Origin: a virus
Taxonomy: Duplodnaviria; Caudoviricetes
Reading direction: 5' to 3' (one strand)
DNA length: 39,587 nucleotides
IMG/VR virus record: IMGVR_UViG_3300033144_004259
Coordinates: 1-39,587 of that record
Shown: positions 25,946 through 34,287 of the stretch, one piece after another
Layout: each line of letters begins with the position of its first letter
Numbering within the stretch: position 1 is the stretch's first letter
The notes under the pieces: generated by a model
What the model was told of the DNA's origin: nothing
The model's database searches: none
The model's input: the letters and a program-made list of their open reading frames with translations, nothing else
Program-made: the position numbers and the translations under genes

Positions 25946-26428
25946 TTAAATCAATGCAAAATAAGGTTTATATCCTTTTCTTGTTCCTGAAGCAAAACTG
26001 AATACTTTCCCAGTCTGAGGTTCAATATAATAAAAATTATGAAAAAAATCTATAAAACAATTAAGTGCATGTGCGCCAGTCTTTGTCTTGACATGAACAA
26101 TTCCAACAGCAAATCCAGACAAGACATAACTCATCTGGCCATATAATACTGCGGAAAAATTATCACAGTCATAAACTTCAGGAACATATTTTCTTAATCC
26201 TGCAAAATTATATTCCATAAATTCTATCATATCTTTTTTACTGATTAATTTATAATTCTGGTCAGTGATCTGAAAATTTGTTATTCCTTTGTCTTTTAAT
26301 ATTGAAGATACTGAACTTGAACTTACAGTCAGATAAGACATTTGATTAAATACTTCTTTTTGTTTATGGCTCCAAGTAATCATGCCACTAATCCATTTCA
26401 TTAATCTTTTCATCCACTCAAACTTCAT
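25946..26428 (-). CDS. Papain/transglutaminase-like cysteine protease (MOA/Agglutinin_C-like), candidate lysin
   Basis: YVPEVYDCDNFS (Cys), GAHALNCF (His), YYIEPQT (Glu). Confidence 0.75.
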   Translation of the reverse strand: MKFEWMKRLMKWISGMITWSHKQKEVFNQMSYLTVSSSSVSSILKDKGITNFQITDQNYKLISKKDMIEFMEYNFAGLRKYVPEVYDCDNFSAVLYGQMSYVLSGFAVGIVHVKTKTGAHALNCFIDFFHNFYYIEPQTGKVFSFASGTRKGYKPYFALI

Positions 26429-26436
26429 ATTTTACC

Positions 26437-26685
26437 TCATATCTCAATAGTCTTACCTATCTCTTCCTTAAACATCTTTTTGACAGGTAAACTTTTGTCT
26501 TTGTTCCTGTTGCCATACTTTTTCTGCATAAGTTCTTTTACTTCAGACTTCCATCTTGGCTGTCCATCCCTTCCAAGATATTTTGAATCAAGCGAAAGGC
26601 CTATATTCTCTTTGCCATATTCATGCTCCAATTCAACTCTTAATTGTCCACTCTTTTCATATACATCAATGATTTTTATTTTCAT
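26437..26685 (-). CDS. Hypothetical protein downstream of the tail tip gene
   Basis: 82 aa, GGAGG RBS. Confidence 0.7.
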   Translation of the reverse strand: MKIKIIDVYEKSGQLRVELEHEYGKENIGLSLDSKYLGRDGQPRWKSEVKELMQKKYGNRNKDKSLPVKKMFKEEIGKTIEI

Positions 26686-26694
26686 TTTTCCCTC

Positions 26695-28920
26695 CTAATT
26701 TTCTAATTCATGAGTTATATTGACAATACTTTGAACAAAATCAGGCGTTGCATTATCAGTAATTACTCTGACTCTCCAATACCCCACAGCATCCGGATAA
26801 GTCCCACTATCTGTGATGTCTACCCCAGTGTCAAGAGTTTTTCCAGTATTTAAAATAGAGTGTTTATTATCCCAATTAGATGTCCCAGTATTCCAAAAAT
26901 CAAGATATATAGATACTTGACTTGCGTTTACACTTCCTGCTTCTCCTACTCCATCACCTATGCTTATATGATCCAAATCCGCTGCATTCACATCATAAGT
27001 TCCATCATTATGCAAATGATTGGCTGCATTGTAAGTCCCATCGTCATGAAGATGATTCTCCGCTGCATAAGTTCCATCCCCATGTGAATGATTAGCTGCT
27101 GCATAAGTTCCATCCCCATGTGAATGATTTACAGTAGCATAAGTTCCATCCCCATGAGTATGTTTACTTAAAACTTGGAAATTCCAAGTAGATTCATAAC
27201 TCATGTCCCCTGATTGTGTCTGTGCCTGAACATAGACATTATCCCCATAAATATCAACTGGGCATAATATAGGCATTGTAACATACTCCCCAGCATCTAC
27301 ATTAGTAAAAAGTCCAGCAGAATGAGGAAAATATTTCCCATCAATAACTGCCCTTAATCTAATTGACCGATTATTAACTGCATTATCATTTTTAAATGTA
27401 ACAAACAAAAATACTAAATCAGAATGAATATATAAATTTCCTGCATTAATTATAGTTGTCCATGCAGAATCAGTAAGGGTCCCTGAGCCAACAGTTACAG
27501 AATTCCCTGAATTATCTGTAGTCCAAGTTGATTCCCCGCTCGAACTACTTGTGCCTGTAACCCCTGGCGCAGTAGCTCCACTGCTATTCTCTACATCTGG
27601 CGCAGTAGCTCCACTGCTATTCTCTACATCTGGCGCAGTCGATCCGCTACTATTCTCTACATCTGGTTCGGTATTTGAACTGCTATTCTGGACTTGTGGA
27701 TCAGAACCAGAAAATGTTGCACCACCATATTGAGAATTATATTTATCTACATCATAATCAAGAGTCATTGTGCTTACTCTTAAATTTCCTGCTTCATCTT
27801 GGAAATATGCAGCACTAACTTCAAAATTCACTTTCAAAGATACGCTATTGTTTGCATTTATTCCTGCCCCCCATTGAGATAAGTTTCCGCTTCCTTGCAT
27901 TGCACTTTGGCTTTGATTATATCCTGCCTGCCTTTGAGAGCTTGCTTCTGCTGCATTTTTGCTTGCAAGACGAAAAGCAGGATTTGTGACTTCAAGGTTG
28001 ACTTTTTCAACACCGTTTCCATCAACTCTTGTTTTTATCCTAACAATATCAACTTCTTCATCTATCCCTGCGGAATTGTTTGCTATATTTCCCATATCTC
28101 CTATTGAAAGATTATCGACTGAAGAAGTAGGAGTAAAATTATATCTTTTAGGTTGAGGATTGAGTTTGTTGTATTCAACTAATGCTCTTGCGTTTGCTTC
28201 AGAAGTAGAGATTATATTTCTATCAATTATTACATGGACTGGGGTAGATGCTCCACTTGTCCCTATTATCTGGAAATCTCCATCACCTTTTCCGTAAACG
28301 ATTACTTTGCCTGCTTTAGATCTTAATTTGCTTCGTTTTATCCCTGTTGCATTTTTTCCTTCAATGAAAGAGAATTTATCACTGTTTGTAAGTTCATCAT
28401 ACAAATAGACTATTTTGTTCTCTTGGTCTATTCTGATATCTTTTCCGACTTGTTCTATTAATCTAATCACTCCATTCCAGACAGATTCAGAAGCAGAAAC
28501 TCTAAAACTTGCAGGCGTTATAGCTGACGAATTAGAAACGTCAACAGTCCAACCTGTCACACTTGTGACAAGAGTATCAATAATGCTATTATCTGTAGTA
28601 CTTGTAAATGTCCTTACAAGATTGTTTCCCACCATAGGACATTTGTCGTCAGTCAATTGAATCTCTATCCCAGAAGAAGTAAGGACAATGCCTCCAGCAG
28701 TTAAATCATCTTTTGCAACAACTATTCCACGAAATTTCAGAGTTCCATTTTTGTAAACAAATATTTCTTTATCTACATCAAATTCACTTGAATAACCGCT
28801 TGTTACACCATCTAAAGCAACTTGACAATTAGACATAGCATTAAGAGTATCTTCATAAACAAAAGATATTAACTGCTTAGCGCTTGCATCACCGATGTTT
28901 ATTACGTATCCAGTAGCCAT
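26695..28920 (-). CDS. Baseplate hub/tail tip (Tal-like) protein with a repeat-containing spike extension
   Basis: N-terminal hub motifs (KFRGIV, KVIVYGKGDG, LSIGDMGNI) and internal 11-aa and 12-aa repeats; follows the Dit-like gene. Confidence 0.75.
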   Translation of the reverse strand: MATGYVINIGDASAKQLISFVYEDTLNAMSNCQVALDGVTSGYSSEFDVDKEIFVYKNGTLKFRGIVVAKDDLTAGGIVLTSSGIEIQLTDDKCPMVGNNLVRTFTSTTDNSIIDTLVTSVTGWTVDVSNSSAITPASFRVSASESVWNGVIRLIEQVGKDIRIDQENKIVYLYDELTNSDKFSFIEGKNATGIKRSKLRSKAGKVIVYGKGDGDFQIIGTSGASTPVHVIIDRNIISTSEANARALVEYNKLNPQPKRYNFTPTSSVDNLSIGDMGNIANNSAGIDEEVDIVRIKTRVDGNGVEKVNLEVTNPAFRLASKNAAEASSQRQAGYNQSQSAMQGSGNLSQWGAGINANNSVSLKVNFEVSAAYFQDEAGNLRVSTMTLDYDVDKYNSQYGGATFSGSDPQVQNSSSNTEPDVENSSGSTAPDVENSSGATAPDVENSSGATAPGVTGTSSSSGESTWTTDNSGNSVTVGSGTLTDSAWTTIINAGNLYIHSDLVFLFVTFKNDNAVNNRSIRLRAVIDGKYFPHSAGLFTNVDAGEYVTMPILCPVDIYGDNVYVQAQTQSGDMSYESTWNFQVLSKHTHGDGTYATVNHSHGDGTYAAANHSHGDGTYAAENHLHDDGTYNAANHLHNDGTYDVNAADLDHISIGDGVGEAGSVNASQVSIYLDFWNTGTSNWDNKHSILNTGKTLDTGVDITDSGTYPDAVGYWRVRVITDNATPDFVQSIVNITHELEN
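26983..27162 (-). repeat. 5 x 36-bp coding repeat (HxHxDGTYxxxN)
   Basis: HTHGDGTY, HSHGDGTY twice, HLHDDGTY, HLHNDGTY. Confidence 0.9.
27538..27702 (-). repeat. About 5 x 33-bp coding repeat (APDVENSSGAT)
   Basis: ctggcgcagtagctccactgctattctctacat in tandem with degenerate flanking copies. Confidence 0.9.
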
Positions 28921-29922
28921 TTAATCACTTGCCCAGCCATTTCTGAAATAAAAAGTTGCAGTTATATTATCGACCAATCCACCAGTGAAAATATCGGTTA
29001 GACTTTCTCCAGGTTCAAGTCTTAACATTAAATCTCCGCTTGTGCTTGCATTTTTTATTGTCTGTTCAGTCCCATCTATGTCTACATACATATATTCTGC
29101 AAGATAAGTCATATTATCTTCAGAAGTGATTTTTACAATAGAATAAGTCATAGTTCCTGATGCAGATGCTTTAAAAATGAAACCATTATTATTTTTATCT
29201 TTGATAGTCACAGTTTGACCACTTGTCACACTGCCAGTTATTTTCTCAATCGGAGTTACCATATCTCCATCATTTGAGTCGCTTCCGGTCTTGAGTCCGC
29301 TTTGTTGCGTGTTATCAAAAAGGATTCCAAAAGGACTAAAGAAATTACCTACATAATCTATATGCAGCGGTCTTGTACCAGTAGGGACTTTCTGAACAGT
29401 TGAACCAGTACATAGATAAAATTTATCGTGGCTGTTCTCAAAATATAATCTTAACATTGTTGGAGAATTAACCTTTTTGACCAAACTTCTATATTCTGTA
29501 TTTTTGTCAGTTCCATTAAAATGTCCATTTATTCCAATAGTAATGCTGCTCCTGATTGCTGAAGCAAAACCAAGAAATGTAAAAGAATATCTCATAGTTC
29601 GCTGTTCAACGAATTTACTTGTCCCGAACTCGATAGAATTAGGGTTATAAGGAAATGTGAAATTTGTAAAAACAAGTCCTGCTGTATCTCCTGTAGTTCC
29701 TTCATCGCCCCCTGTGTTCGCATAAGTAAATGTGACAGAATTAGTGACAGTGACCGAAACATCTGAATCATTATATCCTGTTCCACCTAATCCACTAATC
29801 GTGGCAGTATCACCAGTTATAAGTCCATGAGCAGAAGATAAAATTATAGTCGCTACATTAGTTGTTCTTGCTCTTGAAACTGTCGTAATCCCACTATAAT
29901 CCTGTAATTTTAAGTATGCCAT
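28921..29922 (-). CDS. Distal tail (Dit-like) protein with an N-terminal beta-barrel insertion
   Basis: Follows the tape measure. FTFPYNPNSIEF; insertion VATIILSSAHGLITGDTATISG. Confidence 0.6.
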   Translation of the reverse strand: MAYLKLQDYSGITTVSRARTTNVATIILSSAHGLITGDTATISGLGGTGYNDSDVSVTVTNSVTFTYANTGGDEGTTGDTAGLVFTNFTFPYNPNSIEFGTSKFVEQRTMRYSFTFLGFASAIRSSITIGINGHFNGTDKNTEYRSLVKKVNSPTMLRLYFENSHDKFYLCTGSTVQKVPTGTRPLHIDYVGNFFSPFGILFDNTQQSGLKTGSDSNDGDMVTPIEKITGSVTSGQTVTIKDKNNNGFIFKASASGTMTYSIVKITSEDNMTYLAEYMYVDIDGTEQTIKNASTSGDLMLRLEPGESLTDIFTGGLVDNITATFYFRNGWASD

Positions 29923-30792
29923 TTAATCTCCGCTTGGATGTACCCCATTTGCGTTAGAAAATGCTCTATCTTTGTCGCTTCCAACTGTAGCAAGCCATTG
30001 TAAAGCATCCACCATTAATTGTGCCCCCGCATATCCTGCATATCCTGCAAGGATTCCTGCGCCACCTATTGCGCCACGAGGGTCATATTTTGAATATTTA
30101 TCAAGGAACTGCTGAGTTTTATAAATCCCTACATCTGCGATCAAAAAACTTTCAGCGAAAGTGCCATAAGCGGCTTTATATACATCTTCTGCCCCCGTTG
30201 GCAAATCCCCTTTTACTTTTTCTTCTACAATAGAACCTGCAATAGCCCCAAGTGCTGCGCCGAGCATCATCCCCGGTAATCCAAACGGCATCCCTAATTT
30301 AATTCCAAGCGCAACACCTGCCCCTTTTGGAATGATTCCTTCAATTGCACTCCATTGCCCAGTTATAATGTTTCCCATATCTTCAAATGTTGTCCCAACT
30401 GCTCTTGCAACAGTAGAGACAGTAGATGAATGGTCTAAAAGGGCTTCGTTGAGATTCATTAAAAGTGTATTTGCACCTTCAAAAGCAGGCTTTAATAATC
30501 TTCCAATAGTGTTAGATAATTTTAAAGTACTTACTTCCATTTTTGCAAAAACCGTAGCGAGAACTGGAGATTTTGTTGCAAGAGCAACCATTGCAGCGAC
30601 GCCAGTGGTTCCAATAGCAATAAGAGATTTTCCTAACTTTGAAGCAAACTTAGCAGTCCTGGCCATAGGTTGATTAACTTGATTGAATTGGTTTTCCATC
30701 TCTTTAAGCTGGTCAGTTATTCTATCTAAACCTCCCACTATCGCAGATTCATCAATACTACCGGTTATCGAAATCTCTCCTACATCAGCCAT
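29923..30792 (-). CDS. Tape measure protein (very short, 289 aa)
   Basis: MADVGEISI N-terminus, helical A/G-rich body, GLPGMMLGAALGAIAG; follows the chaperone genes. Confidence 0.75.
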   Translation of the reverse strand: MADVGEISITGSIDESAIVGGLDRITDQLKEMENQFNQVNQPMARTAKFASKLGKSLIAIGTTGVAAMVALATKSPVLATVFAKMEVSTLKLSNTIGRLLKPAFEGANTLLMNLNEALLDHSSTVSTVARAVGTTFEDMGNIITGQWSAIEGIIPKGAGVALGIKLGMPFGLPGMMLGAALGAIAGSIVEEKVKGDLPTGAEDVYKAAYGTFAESFLIADVGIYKTQQFLDKYSKYDPRGAIGGAGILAGYAGYAGAQLMVDALQWLATVGSDKDRAFSNANGVHPSGD

Positions 30793-31046
30793 GACTCATT
30801 CCCCCATTTAAATTATTCATTGCATTAATCATCCTTTCCTCGTTTGCTTTCTGTTCTTGTTTTTTTGCAATTGCATTATTGAAATCAATTATAAATTCTA
30901 TATCTGAACTTAAACATTTCCTGAACTCATGAGTGCTGCATGTCCCTTTATTCCATGCTTTGGTCATTTCAAGGTATAAAATATCTTCCCTATTCAAACG
31001 GATTTCTTCATCATTTGAAGCGTTTATGATACGTGAAATTAACTTT
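30785..31046 (-). CDS. Tail assembly chaperone -1 frameshift extension (gpT-like)
   Basis: The -1 frame is open from the A-run at 31043-31053 (KLISRIINASNDEEIRLNREDILYLEM...) to the stop at 30785. Confidence 0.75.
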
Positions 31047-31425
31047 TTTTTTTATGCTGATTGATTTTATCTATTGCTTTTACCAGTGGATTGAATACTA
31101 AATTTGAATTAAGTTTCCTGAATAGTTCGTCTTTTTCAGTGTTAGAGTAATCTTTGAAATCTTTTTTAAGCCCACTAATCTTTTCCAATTCTTCAGAACT
31201 GAATGGAACTTCGATTATGTTTCTTAATTTACACATAGATAATTTCCCAAGATTGGCATGCTTCTTTATCGTTTCTTTGCCATTTATAATCTCGATTTTA
31301 TCTTCAATGTAATCATCTGCCCAATCAAGTTCTTCCCCTGAATTTACTGGTTTATATTTGAACACTTGACCTTCTATCTTTATTTCTTTCAATTCCTCTT
31401 TTACGAAAAAGTTGTTTTTATCCAT
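31039..31425 (-). CDS. Tail assembly chaperone (gpG-like)
   Basis: Between tail tube and tape measure; ends CAT AAA AAA AAA AGT TAA. Confidence 0.8.
   Translation of the reverse strand: MDKNNFFVKEELKEIKIEGQVFKYKPVNSGEELDWADDYIEDKIEIINGKETIKKHANLGKLSMCKLRNIIEVPFSSEELEKISGLKKDFKDYSNTEKDELFRKLNSNLVFNPLVKAIDKINQHKKKS
31043..31053 (-). promoter_or_regulatory. -1 ribosomal frameshift slippery site (A10G, includes A AAA AAG)
   Basis: Immediately before the chaperone stop; the -1 frame is open. Confidence 0.8.
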
Positions 31426-31436
31426 TTAGTTCATCC

Positions 31437-32399
31437 TCACCAATTTTGAATCGAATCTATACACACAGGTACAACCCCTGTTGCAGTAAATACGAAATCT
31501 CCAGTATTTATTCCTTCAAGATTAGTTCCTGAAAGCGGTACTGGTTCGCAATATACTCCTGTAAGAGTAAAAGTTATCTTATTGCTTGCAGATACTTCAA
31601 ACACAATAGTATTTGTGCCAGAGATAGTTGCTGCAGTTTCCCAAAGGGAAGGTAGAGTTGTACTAAGTAGATTTACATTGATTCTGCCAGAGATTCTAAA
31701 GACTGTAGCAATAGGGGTTCCGATTGTTCTTCCATTTGCAGAACTGGCATATCTTGAATCATTGGCGTTCACACCTTGAGTGAAAACAAGCTCGCCATTA
31801 TTTATTTCTACAACTGCCGAATTGTTCAATGTAATAGTTGCATGCCTATATTGAAAAGGGTCGCCTGAAGCTGTAAAACTTCCTGCCTGGATAGAGGGAG
31901 TGGTATAATTCTGTGAAATAACATTAGCAGTGCAAGTTATAAATCCACTATTTCCTTCTCCTGTAGATTTAGCCCAATTGATTCTATATTGATTTATCAC
32001 ATTTCCAGTGGTCTTTATTATCATCGCATCAGTGCTATGTCTCATTGCCCATTCTGCGGTGAATGAATCAAGAGTCTCCCCAACTGAGAGTGTATGAGTA
32101 TAAGGGTCACTTCCAGTCTCGCTATCTATATCAAAAACATACCTTAACATTCTCCAATTCGCAGGATAATAAGCCAGCGAATATGCTAAACTTAAAGGGC
32201 CTTGAATTTTTGAGTTCACTGTTCTTACATCTGTGCCGTTGTTAAGAGTTTCCTGAAATCCTTGATTAAACGTAGGATTGATAATTATATCATATCCTGG
32301 AACTATTGCTCCAACTAAAGATATAGCTTCCCCATAAGTTGTTTCTTTTTTTAATATGAATCTTTCCCTGATGCCTAATAATCCTTCTGCTGTAACCAT
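31437..32399 (-). CDS. Major tail (tube) protein
   Basis: KKETTYGEA, YTHTLS, SFTAEW, RISGRINV; lies after the terminator gene. Confidence 0.8.
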   Translation of the reverse strand: MVTAEGLLGIRERFILKKETTYGEAISLVGAIVPGYDIIINPTFNQGFQETLNNGTDVRTVNSKIQGPLSLAYSLAYYPANWRMLRYVFDIDSETGSDPYTHTLSVGETLDSFTAEWAMRHSTDAMIIKTTGNVINQYRINWAKSTGEGNSGFITCTANVISQNYTTPSIQAGSFTASGDPFQYRHATITLNNSAVVEINNGELVFTQGVNANDSRYASSANGRTIGTPIATVFRISGRINVNLLSTTLPSLWETAATISGTNTIVFEVSASNKITFTLTGVYCEPVPLSGTNLEGINTGDFVFTATGVVPVCIDSIQNW

Positions 32400-32420
32400 T
32401 TTAGTATTACCTCATTATTT

Positions 32421-33125
32421 TTATGTTTCGATCCTGCCTAAATCAATGCCTTTGAAATTAACTTCTAAAACTGTATGATATGATAAATATTCAACCGATT
32501 CGGGAGCTGCACGAGGAATACTTGCAGGGATATATCCATATAAAACTGGATGCAAATCACTTTCGTTATCTTCAAACGCTTTAGTTATCCTGTTTCCAAT
32601 ATATCTCCCATGATAATCATTTGAATAATTCCTGCTGTCAATAGTCCAAATCTGGTCTTTCCGAGTCCAGATATCTATTTGAAACATTGCAGATGATTCA
32701 ACAGGAGCATTATATTGTCCTAATCTTTTTCCGCTTCCTGATACCATGAACACCGCTATTCTCGGAAACGAATCTTTAGTCAATTTTATATCTGGTTTGT
32801 CAGCAAATACCCATGAAGTTGTGCCATATTTGTAAGTGATTATAACCGTTTCACCGCCAGTCATTGCAGTATAAAATGTTACTCGTTCAAGTTGATAGTC
32901 CCAATGATAATCTTCCCATTTTGATTTTGAAGTGCCATCGACTGTAACCGCAGTTATACAAGATACAGTTCCAACAGAAGCAGAGAGATTAAATTCTGTC
33001 TGACTTGCTGAAGCTGAAGCTGTAGTATTTGATTCGCTTGCTTCTGCTCTTGCTCTTGGATCGACCAGATGTGTGCGGATAAAATCCATAATCATATCTG
33101 GTGGGTCTGCGATGTATTCGCCCAT
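32421..33125 (-). CDS. Tail terminator/completion protein with an inserted beta domain
   Basis: FPRIAV...FQIDIW motifs; upstream of the tail tube. Confidence 0.65.
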   Translation of the reverse strand: MGEYIADPPDMIMDFIRTHLVDPRARAEASESNTTASASASQTEFNLSASVGTVSCITAVTVDGTSKSKWEDYHWDYQLERVTFYTAMTGGETVIITYKYGTTSWVFADKPDIKLTKDSFPRIAVFMVSGSGKRLGQYNAPVESSAMFQIDIWTRKDQIWTIDSRNYSNDYHGRYIGNRITKAFEDNESDLHPVLYGYIPASIPRAAPESVEYLSYHTVLEVNFKGIDLGRIET

Positions 33126-33194
33126 TGTATAAATCTCCCACTTGGGAATAGATTAACTCACTTGAGTATGTAATATTACTCTTTAGAATGTTAG

Positions 33195-33212
33195 TTTATT
33201 TAAATCCTAACC
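33195..33212 (-). promoter_or_regulatory. Late promoter motif (tail operon)
   Basis: Exact 18-mer; 28-bp identity with the portal copy. Confidence 0.8.
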
Positions 33213-33215
33213 TAA

Positions 33216-33662
33216 TTATTCACCGAAAACTTCCTTTTTGAACTGAGGGAGCCAAAAGTCACGAGTCTGCTGTAAACTTGGTCTAAGGAAAGGTCGAGCA
33301 TTTACTCCTTTGGTTTTAATCTTTTCAACAACATATTTTACAAAAGCCCCACCTTTTTTCCCAGATATGATTCCTTTTCTTTTTGCCCATTCTTCAATGT
33401 CAGAAAAAGATACATCTCTGGGAGTATTTCCAAATTCCAGGTCAGCAGAGTAAGGTGCTTTGGAGGTAAGAACATATTCACTTGCAAGAATTTCAGGAAA
33501 TAAAGTAATATTATTTCTTAAATAGCCAGTATCAAAAGGAGCATAATCAATTGCCAATTCTTCCATCTTAAACATACATTTCATCAGAACTCTTTTAGAT
33601 TTGTCAATAGTAGCTCTTTTTCCTTTATCTAATCCTTTTAGTTCGATGTTAAAATTTATCAT
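33216..33662 (-). CDS. HK97 gp10-like tail completion protein (likely start ATG 33662)
   Basis: APFDTGYLRNNI, APYSADLEFG, GVNARPFLRPS. Confidence 0.85.
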   Translation of the reverse strand: MINFNIELKGLDKGKRATIDKSKRVLMKCMFKMEELAIDYAPFDTGYLRNNITLFPEILASEYVLTSKAPYSADLEFGNTPRDVSFSDIEEWAKRKGIISGKKGGAFVKYVVEKIKTKGVNARPFLRPSLQQTRDFWLPQFKKEVFGE

Positions 33663-33831
33663 CTTCTTTATATTTTTTAATTTGGGGGGAGTAATATTTA
33701 CATCCAACATTATATCCTGAACAATCATAACATCCTACTTCCAAATATCCTCCTACATTTTTGCCATTATTTAATATTCTTTCTGTTTTTGCAATATTGA
33801 AATGCCAGCATATATCTTCAATAGTTTTCAT
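33649..33831 (-). CDS. Small Cys-rich protein, paralog of 15787-15999
   Basis: CWHF...GYLEVGCYDCSGYNVGCKYY. Confidence 0.7.
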   Translation of the reverse strand: MKTIEDICWHFNIAKTERILNNGKNVGGYLEVGCYDCSGYNVGCKYYSPQIKKYKEDDKF

Positions 33832-34232
33832 TGTGCGTTCTTGCGAATTAGAAAACCCATAAATCCGACATCTCCTTGTATCTGTTCGCCATCAATCTGG
33901 GAAAGAAGTCTCCATCTTTCTGAATTATATTCAACTTCATAAAATGTTGCATCTTTTTCAATATCAATTCCAGAATCATGATTTACAAATAGTTTACCAT
34001 CACCTATCTTGACGTTCCCTAAATTGCCTTTGTCGAGGTCTTTTTTAGTTACCCATTGTATATCTCCTTTTATTGTAGAAGTCGTGGTAGATGTAGCGGT
34101 TGTCCTTCCATTGGAGTCTAATGTTCGGGTTGATGTCCTGAGAGTTACATTTATTCCTTTAAAATCTAAATACTCTTTAAATATCCTTCTAAATTCAGTT
34201 CCTATGTTTCCTGGGCTTCTTGTAGTTACCAT
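33828..34232 (-). CDS. Head closure/stopper protein
   Basis: 134 aa, beta-rich (VTLR...IKGDIQ...VEYNSERWRL), after the adaptor. Confidence 0.65.
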   Translation of the reverse strand: MVTTRSPGNIGTEFRRIFKEYLDFKGINVTLRTSTRTLDSNGRTTATSTTTSTIKGDIQWVTKKDLDKGNLGNVKIGDGKLFVNHDSGIDIEKDATFYEVEYNSERWRLLSQIDGEQIQGDVGFMGFLIRKNAQ

Positions 34233-34287
34233 ATTAATCTCTCTTTAACTTTTGTTGATTTAATGATGAACAGTAAATGTTACGATT

